Shown here piece by piece: positions 28,701 to 34,281 of a stretch of 64,000 nt of DNA. The stretch is from assembly GCA_944380275.1 (NCBI GenBank), contig CALWHB010000003.1, positions 12,901-76,900 of the forward strand, written 5' to 3'. Source of the DNA: an uncultured Christensenellaceae bacterium (GTDB lineage Bacteria > Bacillota > Clostridia > Christensenellales > UBA3700). The translations under genes were made by a program, and so were the position numbers. Positions within the stretch are counted from its first letter, which is position 1, and each line of letters begins with the position of its first letter. The notes under the pieces are model-generated. The model saw only the letters and a program-made list of their open reading frames with translations. It ran no database searches and was not told the origin of the DNA.

Positions 28701-29944
28701 GCTATGTCGAGCGATGTCCTGAGATTGAGTCTGTAATCGAGTCCCGAAGAAAGAACCAAAGCCCCTTCTGCAAATGCCTGTTTGCCCGTAATCGCGTTGA
28801 GCAGCGCGCCGAGGTCTGCATTTGTGTTGTTAACAGAAAGGTCCACGCCGAGGTCTATATTGCCGAGAGAAATCTGCTGATAACCGACAAGTTCTGACGG
28901 CGCGACGATTTCTACTTCTCCTTCCTTGTAAAAACCTGCTCTCGTGGTTGAAAATTCAAAATATTGCGCCCCTTCGTACTGCGCATCCGACGTTACGGAG
29001 CTGAGCTTGCCCGTCGTATTGTCAAGTGCGACGTTGAGGTTTATCTTCATATCGGGAAGTATTCCCTTGAACCAGTCTATAAAACCGGAAGTCTTTATGT
29101 TGAGTCCCGCGCCTTGGAGAATAGAATCGAGATTGATTAGATTGAGAAGGCTCACTATACCCTGCAAGCCCTTGGGATTGATTTCTATGCGATAAACGGT
29201 GTTGTTGCCTTCTATCTGGGCAGATGTAGTGGTGAACATCGTAAACAACATACCCAGTATGGTATCCATGTCCATACCCACGATGTCAAGACCGCCGAGA
29301 AGGTTGCCGAGAACTTCAGGCACTCTGTCCGCCACCTGAAGTATGTAGTTCATATCGAAGTCTTCAAGCGCGACGCCGCCCATATCCGGGGACCAGACGT
29401 AAAAGACGCCGTCCATCACGTACACGCCTACCGCCTTATTTCCGTTGCCGTCTGAAAACTCTATTGCGAGAGTGTACTTTTCTTCGCTTGTTACGTTTGC
29501 CTTAAGTGCGATTCCCGTAACGTTGCCGTCAGCATCCTTACCGCTGCCCTCAAAAGCGAAACTCAATGCGCCTTCCTTCTGGAATCCGGCTATGATTGCC
29601 TTGAGAGCGTTCAGCGTCGTTACCGCCGACGACTCAAGCCACAAAGCTTTGAGCGATAAGCTCTCTGTTGGAGTAATAATCCCGCTGTAAGTATTCTTAC
29701 CGTCTGACCAGCCGGCAAAAACGTAACCTTTCTTTGTGGGAATATACAAACTGAGGTCGATTTCCTGCCCCGCCGTCATATTGACGTTGTAGCCGGTTTC
29801 TCCTCCCAGTTCGCCTCCGTCAAAGTCAAACGTAACGTTTACATATTTCGTCTTGTTGTCGCAAGCTGCAAGTCCTGCGGAAAGTACAAAGACGAGTATG
29901 AACGCAAGTATGACCAACGTCGTTGATTTTTTGAACCTGCTCAT
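19799..29944 (-). CDS. Giant surface lipoprotein (3,381 aa): Listeria-Bacteroides repeat, nine copies of an unassigned ~290-aa module, C-terminal Big_4-like Ig domains
   Basis: Start moved from GTG 29953 to ATG 29944 (SD AGAGGTGA). Lipobox is FVLSAGLAAC-DNK. Flg_new-type repeat: YVNVTFDFDGGELGG...KKGYVFAGWSDG. C-terminal units of the type LPDYITVTTYSGEKVKYF and PFPSKATATYTDGKTETIDVKTI. The stop lies 16 nt before the next ATG. Confidence 0.85.
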   Translation of the reverse strand: MSRFKKSTTLVILAFILVFVLSAGLAACDNKTKYVNVTFDFDGGELGGETGYNVNMTAGQEIDLSLYIPTKKGYVFAGWSDGKNTYSGIITPTESLSLKALWLESSAVTTLNALKAIIAGFQKEGALSFAFEGSGKDADGNVTGIALKANVTSEEKYTLAIEFSDGNGNKAVGVYVMDGVFYVWSPDMGGVALEDFDMNYILQVADRVPEVLGNLLGGLDIVGMDMDTILGMLFTMFTTTSAQIEGNNTVYRIEINPKGLQGIVSLLNLINLDSILQGAGLNIKTSGFIDWFKGILPDMKINLNVALDNTTGKLSSVTSDAQYEGAQYFEFSTTRAGFYKEGEVEIVAPSELVGYQQISLGNIDLGVDLSVNNTNADLGALLNAITGKQAFAEGALVLSSGLDYRLNLRTSLDIAQKGEGDENYIVLELYEKKEDGTLVPFIGAYYKEGNLYVDIAKTLGGIYGGKGVKIGVDLKELISQVKNVVTDAIDSVFFTEGRALNGNAKLDKNGVVALSGSEGNYYVSGGALNFIKVLVGVFGVDGSKVSVTDGTDEDGKYSILNFKVDDEFLSAFLNAIGQTSVKVPEFGAINLGIKLNADGLAQIDADANLAGGIKASLCFDSFSIGKSPEFEGYEDISDYVDAQVGDESKYTYSVKELVGSVLSGVYVDTGINLTLSQGKYNIMDLVSLFGVENAGGVVTPWTVTADSAVKARLTVKAALDAATNKINASVVITLEEDFNLGADKILPAGKLIAVYLSEDGTGYADLSGISLFGVNLPAFKAEIDLSSVIDNLMKTLDIQLKFDVSGLFGTGEEQTLSRLNADGSATPLSMNSEITAEASEIIINSDSFRAKLTLAAVASVLNAFGVQFALPEGLNVVLDASLDGNGLNIGANASVAASEGYDAMGLGLGITVGKEGFKTGVSGLSDEIEQEIKAETANLADAQSNVIKALLGTVGKMSLSAEIEVDSKDQAALSEFVEQFVEKWLPDTDIDVEITGGKVGLLVALNAERGEYAVVLTEGDGNVLLSARACGETIVVTVMDFGSFLLRDTGIIKIIEDAVNKAVDGIENADLNTLFENLLNPADTPEETPDGTTDETPAEPGTGDGGEQSGTAIDIISLLGGISACDALINIDITREMIATILSSLGIDVDFVSVSGAIDVTEGKVDVIADIGGALSLGIGLAIGRTDDESIDYGFALDLLRAYGDDGFVPDGQNDIEDLRAYLVKGLSAYGEYFGYMEGWSLSALTSEYTRYVDAEGVLVFTSEEDLQQYVTGLLEGISLKADVTLDFTPGEYNILGLVGKFVDLTTLGLPSDASLVVSFGQPTIDLSIRFNSAIRQSGGIVDGVMALEIVANQPLSLGTTVGGGEGITVIPAGEALLAVYIKDGSLYIDATALEVLGLNLPVFKVDNFDLPSFLYNTVESAISGLFANGEQSGNGSQAQALALAGGDGGNISLIIARNKLQLSATMSAIGALLANFLTGDSAATADKILSALGGINAEISLVRDDSQGKGVYTFSLDVEGNVMQTVSGEPSDFALSLKASTADIAAGDKTLYETLNDYVGGRISGYDKTYSDILKGIADNLFTGSMLIDLNVDFNAGKYYLNELVNNIISVATGGNGISVPIAVETGDFNKQLQLALQWNLNSVTKTLTMMFEVRNAGNILVGVYLYGGELVADLSGVGLFSVKVSNVGLIEQLSETLTGAIDSLQGLDLNEILGNLFGNSSGAEEKAVVLDATEGETDGETEGESGASGGENAWIAQLLGVVLLENTNIKLALSTQLLQEIIFALTGKQIDLGSDLFDLSANLGILSGTVAFDATLFGEKEDALISMSVNAALSNGMIVSDAYIPAIFLYDHYEIDATDTGTVIRDVIDNLADINFKLNLSVSFKKGTYNVAELLAKFGVSALEGTQLLWTFNEDTDIELALKVSLKAYSDDGTAGGRNGMASIEIVAEKDLNLGASNLVKAGSVLIGLYAYDDTLYIDASGIKLLGITFPVFKVDFDLLGAVVAKLNQLGNTAEEQSQPVAVVTSETGESTVMTPLDDEHGEIVVGISENEIAVTAALGAIIAVLGDMGVDLGIDLSAFDLNAGIRLGNGLSISVGGVLLPTTDGERNALDLTIEIPSDALEFGIDVAALDSYLRSKAENYKDYNDDLIATLKQTLGNNSIKANLTVDAESSEVDINSLISGLLQKLGVNLNIPVQIEFDELYYDLEVLLNWNIETRQLMLEIVMHGTVNNKTVLGIYGDWEDLYIALGGLGLVDIHVAGSPLVPVLFNLLDETLAGINPIIISDILNDLFYGKDIAAEAENAAESAAMFAEGGETGTLAVGSNDIIRYLLSAIKITDSKVVADITSDVMSQIFRALGFDIDFVLEAGLGIDLAGEQIEAYINMGSDATIALTLGFNGKPDRYKPEDTSKFVTLDTTSEEVDGGQVVKQFLDGFELALALDLKTNTVGTVVDSSEPDNQYTRLELNKINGPVTLDNCGATVGAIGHSAMLLSVYDIDESEYYTHGTGSKKAMLHFYLDYANGKATIYLGNGYFTVVGGLIGLIQIDIASYLSSGISLDLDILGMLAPTVENLIKQVYDAANNLGQEETPSEPSAPSQDTGTEEEVTGIAKVFADLNLEALLRPGITINLLSTGVGNINVKLDPYELNKMIDGVMNCIFGADTIIDMTTLQLGNIRFNKNYLAYMWWDRVAASNTVSAVSPDTTPYSVWDSIIRQLPHIVDDALSGINGALSAVSGVVKYDRTAQNLHRIVKRLLPFAVYNEAEINVNFIEGTLANVSFTGTDTGAKVEQYTLDENTGEWQNTGKVLTQTVRTLFNVVDSGPDNLNVYSYSYEYGSYNDCYYGGKGRMWRSGFSYYSTEGFRTNNYRFGNEIQIYNKSGAVGDSSYTLSGTEGVVDWGNLSQNITFNPYMYSSNNGYQAAVDEYWTRYFSDYGTAVYQKGTSVKRGSISLTYNGNAFTKDVLKSIMNSAGTHTIKATANYSDGTASSMNITFKVKNVASGGADCVRTVDPINLHVYESLPDYITVTTYSGEKVKYFTDGVSVTLTGAGADSVKGGSKTAYLTFANGSRYPVTVNYYDSTVFDQTVNISWYDLDFKDGGTDAGKESIIDQLIGRFNLYYADGTFIPELLTEGITWDMSALDALISRPRTDLSAATVDVTFTIDKKIAADGVTLEPVENALKQTVTLRLSLDAKSRNALVYEGQKESGVLSIDPYMYYLYLSTGDEKYNPFPSKATATYTDGKTETIDVKTIVSGNPDWGYNSGSVFDATVRTDESKYEGAGWFYEDGDVTVTVNRNVIKAVYFDDAMTQNYVVAGETYTSATVVFENGLQLKMPVAVTQLQDKAFVYIGFDLAIYEEYGKIAAFEGLNGTFLQAYAVEIR
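22300..29435 (-). repeat. Nine diverged copies of a 270-345 aa protein module of unknown family, alternating between A and B subtypes
   Basis: Core motifs sit at ~29391, 28590, 27645, 26810, 25775, 24925, 23995, 23200 and 22350. Examples: LLAVYIKDGSLYIDATALEVLGLNLPVFKVDNFD, LIGLYAYDDTLYIDASGIKLLGITFPVFKVDFD, LIAVYLSEDGTGYADLSGISLFGVNLPAFKAEID. Confidence 0.6.
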
Positions 29945-30756
29945 AGTTCTCACCTCTCACATAACGGTTATGCCACTCAGTAGCGCAACGCACACGCGTA
30001 CGGATACGCGTATATTCACATATATATAAATTGTAACACAAGGTTTGTATTATTTCAAACATATTTATCTACTTGAATAAGCGTTTATTTAACGATTCAA
30101 CACAAAATATTCCAAAAAATATACATCTTTTAGGAATTTACATTATAGTTTATGTGATAAAAACTTTATATTTTGTCCATATTAAAATCCGTATTTTATA
30201 TAAGGATATTTTTATTAAAGCAATCAAACAACGATGATTTTTGCATGCAAAAGCAAAAAAAAACAACTTTTTACCGCTCTTTATTCTGAGTATTTTCTCA
30301 TACGCACGCCCGCGATAACCGTAAGTGTTTATTTAATTTTCACAAAAATTCTATATCTTTTTTTCGATTTATTTTTTGAATATTATGTATTTTATGTTGC
30401 ATAATATTTCATTTGTAAAATTTTTACTGTTTACATATTTTTAAATCGGAAATCAAATGCATGCTTAAGAATTATTGTATTGTCTACTTTCTCGATATCA
30501 TATCGCCAAATTCCGGTACTGCCGTTTTCCAGTCAGACCTGACTCTTTTCTCTTTAATCTGCCGCTACAGTTATAATATGATGCATTTTAATTCATTTTA
30601 AGCCTCGTTTGTGCCTTAATTTTTAGTTTGCCTTTTACTTGCCGCCGTGTATTTCACCGTTTTAAATTATTCCGGTCCGGTAAACAAATAATTTTACATG
30701 TCGCTCGTACCCATGATTTTTATAATTCTTATTCTCTCCGTCTAAAATTTTTTTAT

Positions 30757-30797
30757 AAAAAAGGCTTATGCCGATTTCTCCGCATAAGCCTTTTTTA
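30757..30797 (-). terminator. Rho-independent terminator of the CoA-transferase gene
   Basis: AAGGCTTATGC-cgatttctcc-GCATAAGCCTT flanked by A- and T-runs, 20 nt past the stop. Confidence 0.8.
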
Positions 30798-30815
30798 TTA
30801 TCGCATTTTATTTTT

Positions 30816-32126
30816 TCAGAAAATCAGACCGACTTTTCTTGCGTCAGCCCTCAGTTGCTCTCTGAACATAGGATGCGCAACCGAAATGATTTTTTCAACT
30901 CTCTCTTTTATATTGGTACCTCTCAATGATACAACTCCGTATTCCGTGGCAAGAAAATCTATATCGTTTCTGGACAGAGATACTGCCGCTCCCGCTTTGA
31001 GCTGGCAAACGATTTTGGATTTTTCTTCCCTCTCTCCCGTGTGATGATTTTTCACCATAGCCGTAGAATACAGCACAATGAACGATTTACCGTTCTTGGA
31101 CATCTGCGCGCCGATAGCGGTATCTGCCTGTCCTCCCGTTCCGCTGAACTGAGTAGACCCCAACGACTCGCTGCAACACTGTCCAGTAAGGTCCACTTCA
31201 AGCGTCGTGTTTACTGATATCTGATTATCGTTTTGAGATATTATATAGGGGTCGTTCACTTCTGCACAATTTCTGACCTCTATACCTATGTTGTCGTCCA
31301 TAAACTCGTACAGTTTTTTATTGCCCAGCGCAAAAGCGGTTACTACCTTGCCTTTATTGCGCTGTTTTCTGCTGCCGTTGACAACGCCCGCCTCAATAAG
31401 GTCCACCATACCTGTCGTAAGCATTTCGGTATGTATACCCAGGTCGTGTTTTGTCATAAGTGCCTGAGCAAACGCATTTGGAATTCCGCCTATTCCCAGC
31501 TGGATACAGTCGCCGTCGTTGACGTAATCGGCAACGAGTTTTCCTATGATTTTATCCTTTTCGTTGGGTTCAATGTCCGGAATTTCAGGCAATTCGTAAT
31601 TTGTTTCAAGAATATAATCCACCTGCGAAACGTGTATGTCGCAATCGCCGAACACTCTCGGTACGTTGGGGTTCGCCTCTATTATTACGAGGTCGGCTGC
31701 CTCTATCATTGCCTTTTCGTACACGTTTGAAAGACCGATTGACATATAACCGTGCTTGTCAGGCATACTTGCGTTGACGACGACTATGTCGGGATGAGCC
31801 GCCCACAGTCTTTTGCTTGCGGCAAGATGCAGATGATTGGGAATAAAAGAGAGATTGCCGTGCGCATGCGCTTTGCGCTGTTTCGCAGAATAGAACCAAC
31901 TCTCTATCTTGAAAGAGTCTGCATATATCGGTTTTGTATAATCATATTCGCTTACCGAAAGACAATTTGTTACCCTTACGTTTTTTACTTTGTCGGCAAT
32001 AGTATGCAACGCTCCGAGAAAACACTTTGCCTCAGCCGCGCCGAGTCCTGTAACGATATTGCATCCGTCTTTTACCAGCGACAATGCCTTTTCCAGGTCA
32101 ATGACTTTTGGTTTGTAATCGTACAT
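30816..32126 (-). CDS. Acetyl-CoA hydrolase/transferase family CoA-transferase (butyryl-CoA:acetate or 4-hydroxybutyrate CoA-transferase-like)
   Basis: Start moved to ATG 32126 (SD GGGGGA). LGIHTEMLTTG (catalytic Glu context) and SGTGGQADTAIGA (GGQxD motif), in a ~436 aa protein. Confidence 0.85.
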   Translation of the reverse strand: MYDYKPKVIDLEKALSLVKDGCNIVTGLGAAEAKCFLGALHTIADKVKNVRVTNCLSVSEYDYTKPIYADSFKIESWFYSAKQRKAHAHGNLSFIPNHLHLAASKRLWAAHPDIVVVNASMPDKHGYMSIGLSNVYEKAMIEAADLVIIEANPNVPRVFGDCDIHVSQVDYILETNYELPEIPDIEPNEKDKIIGKLVADYVNDGDCIQLGIGGIPNAFAQALMTKHDLGIHTEMLTTGMVDLIEAGVVNGSRKQRNKGKVVTAFALGNKKLYEFMDDNIGIEVRNCAEVNDPYIISQNDNQISVNTTLEVDLTGQCCSESLGSTQFSGTGGQADTAIGAQMSKNGKSFIVLYSTAMVKNHHTGEREEKSKIVCQLKAGAAVSLSRNDIDFLATEYGVVSLRGTNIKERVEKIISVAHPMFREQLRADARKVGLIF

Positions 32127-32218
32127 CTCATATCCCCCGATGTATATCTGTTTATTCCATTTTGCATTATACGGCATTTATTATCAACTGTTTTTTACGA
32201 CAAATACCGAAATACTAC

Positions 32219-32250
32219 AAAAAGCTCCCCAAACGTAAAGTTTGAGGAGC
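32219..32250 (-). terminator. Rho-independent terminator of degV
   Basis: Minus strand reads GCTCCTCAAAC-tttac-GTTTGGGGAGC-TTTTT. Confidence 0.7.
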
Positions 32251-32264
32251 AGTATTCAATCAAA

Positions 32265-33152
32265 TCAGTCTTCCTGGGTATCGTTCTTCTCCACCTTATC
32301 GGCACCGAGGAAGAACAGTGCCACAACTCCCGCTCCCGCATGCGAACCGATAACAGGACCGATAAAATCTATTACAACACAGTCAAGTCCGAATCTTTTC
32401 TCTATCTCGCTCTTTACGTAAAGAGCGTCCTCGTAGCAATCGCCGTGTCCGATGAAAATTTGTTTCTGCTCGCTTGCGGGCAGCATCTTTTCCTCCATTT
32501 TATCCACGAGAGCCTTGAGCGATTTCTTGCGGGAAACAACCTTACCAATCGGTATAAGTTTTCCTTTTTTATTGACATAAAGCACAGGCTTTATGTTGGC
32601 AAGAGAACCTATAAACGCAGCCGTCTTCGTTACTCTTCCCAGTCTTGCAAGATGCTTGAGGTCGTCTACCGTAAAATAAGAACACAAATGTGCCTGCGTT
32701 TCTTCAACGTATTTGCACAACTCTTCAAATCCTGCACCTTCTGCTCTCTTCTTAAGAGTGTACCATACGAGAAGTCCTTCGCCCATACTTGCATTGTAGC
32801 TGTCTACCGCAGCAAGCTTACATCTGGGATATTTTTCGCGCAGTTCTTTGAATACTCTCACCGCATTGTCGTATGTTCCGGAAAGTCCTGAAGAGAATAC
32901 GACATAAAGCACGTCTTTGCCTTCTTTAAGCAGCGGCTCGACATATTTGAGTATCGTCGCCTCGTCTACCATACGAGTGTTCGTTTTTCTTCCTGCGCGC
33001 ATAAAGTCATAAAACTCTTTTGCGGGAAGAGTTTTAGTTTCTCCGTCGAAGTCCTCATCGTCAAGCATAAATCCCATAGGGAGTACGGTAAAATCCTTCT
33101 CGTAAAACTGTTTTGGAAAATCTGTGGTTGCGTCAGTTACGATATGAGTCAT
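32265..33152 (-). CDS. DegV family fatty-acid-binding protein
   Basis: Start moved to ATG 33152 (SD AGGAGG). MTHIVTDATTDFP...VVFSSGLSGTYDNA...IGPVIGSHAGAGVVALFF is typical of DegV. Confidence 0.9.
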   Translation of the reverse strand: MTHIVTDATTDFPKQFYEKDFTVLPMGFMLDDEDFDGETKTLPAKEFYDFMRAGRKTNTRMVDEATILKYVEPLLKEGKDVLYVVFSSGLSGTYDNAVRVFKELREKYPRCKLAAVDSYNASMGEGLLVWYTLKKRAEGAGFEELCKYVEETQAHLCSYFTVDDLKHLARLGRVTKTAAFIGSLANIKPVLYVNKKGKLIPIGKVVSRKKSLKALVDKMEEKMLPASEQKQIFIGHGDCYEDALYVKSEIEKRFGLDCVVIDFIGPVIGSHAGAGVVALFFLGADKVEKNDTQED

Positions 33153-33179
33153 ATTGCCTCCTAAATATGTGTCAAATAA

Positions 33180-33216
33180 TAGACAAGTGTGAAGTTTTAA
33201 TCTATAATAATTATAG
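33180..33216 (+). promoter_or_regulatory. Candidate tetR promoter with overlapping palindromic operator
   Basis: TAGACA (33180-85), 17 nt, TATAAT (33203-08). The 7+1+7 palindrome CTATAAT-A-ATTATAG lies at 33202..33216. A second inverted repeat, CCGCGTA-ttgttt-TACGCGG, lies at 33233..33252. Confidence 0.45.
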
Positions 33217-33326
33217 AACAAATTCGCGCACTCCGCGTATTGTTTTACGCGGATATTTACTCAATTATTGCTCATTACGATACACTGTTACGCGTTTTGT
33301 CAATTTTTTAACAAGGAGTCCTTTAT

Positions 33327-33881
33327 ATGCCAAAAGACAGAAGAATAAGAAAGACGCAGAGAGCGATAATAACCGCCACCGTACAGCTGCTCAACACTGT
33401 TCCGATAAATAAGCTGTCCATAAAAGAAATCTGCTCTCTCGCTGACGTGAGCCGCAGCACTTTTTATCTGCACTATTACGACGCTACCGACGTGATAGAA
33501 CAGGTTCACAACGACATAATCGCAAATATTACCAGCGTTCTCGACAAGTTTGATTTTGCTACTATCCTTACGAATCCCGAACCTTTCCTGAGGCACGTAT
33601 TCGATTTTCTGCAAAACGACCTCGACCTTTATATAAATCTTCTGCAGAACAACTTTCACTCTGACTTCCGTCGCAAGCTGAAAGGTCTGCTTGAGAACAA
33701 AATACTTCAGGAAAACTCATACCGTTACCGCGACAGGACGATGTTTGAATATTCGGTATGTTTTCTTATTTCGGGTCTTGTCGAAACCATCTGCGACAAT
33801 CTTCAGGATATAGGAACTCCTAAGAGCGCTTTCCTGCTCCAGTCGCTTACAAACCACGTAAAAGGCGGTTTTTCAGTATAA
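33327..33881 (+). CDS. TetR/AcrR family transcriptional regulator
   Basis: N-terminal HTH is RKTQRAIITATVQLLNTVPINKLSIKEICSLADVSRSTFYLHYYD. SD AAGGAG. Divergent from degV. Confidence 0.9.
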   Translation: MPKDRRIRKTQRAIITATVQLLNTVPINKLSIKEICSLADVSRSTFYLHYYDATDVIEQVHNDIIANITSVLDKFDFATILTNPEPFLRHVFDFLQNDLDLYINLLQNNFHSDFRRKLKGLLENKILQENSYRYRDRTMFEYSVCFLISGLVETICDNLQDIGTPKSAFLLQSLTNHVKGGFSV

Positions 33882-34061
33882 TTTGTTTCTCCGTCAGGAC
33901 AAAAGCGCGGCTCCTGCCGTAATAGGCACGCTCTCCCTGTGAACGGCTTTAAAGCCGAGTAAGATTCAAAATCGATTGCGGTTATGCCGTTTACCGGGCA
34001 AAAATGTGTTTTGCACTGCAATGCCGCAGACAACTGAATATCAACAGGTATTATCAAAAAC

Positions 34062-34095
34062 AAAAACTCCGTTTCAAAGCGGAGTTTTTATTTTC
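34062..34095 (+). terminator. Rho-independent terminator
   Basis: AAAACTCCG-tttcaaag-CGGAGTTTTTATTTT. Confidence 0.75.
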
Positions 34096-34281
34096 TTTGT
34101 CTTATTATGTTATGCTTTCTTTTTTTTGAAATTCATTAATCTGCAAAACCTGAATTATACCAGAGCAGAATAATGCGATATTGTCCCGGTTTTATATCTG
34201 ATTTTCTTGCGTAAGAGCTTTTGTGAAGACAAGCTCAAAGCCTCTTAACGCGATACGCAAGACTTATCGTATATTTGAGCT

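Noticed and set aside
29945-30756. An invertible-promoter (phase-variation) switch upstream of the giant operon.
   Set aside because: I found no pair of long inverted repeats flanking a promoter-like segment, and no recombinase gene is nearby. Only short palindromes are present. The region is kept as a finding solely as an unusually long AT-rich leader.
33803-34063. An 86-aa minus-strand ORF in the 400-bp gap after tetR, with ferredoxin-reminiscent strings (QCKTHFCPVNGITAID, RFCPDGE). It might be a decayed ferredoxin gene.
   Set aside because: The Cys spacing does not fit CxxCxxCxxxCP. The ORF starts inside a terminator hairpin and overlaps the 3' end of tetR. Chance resemblance is more likely.
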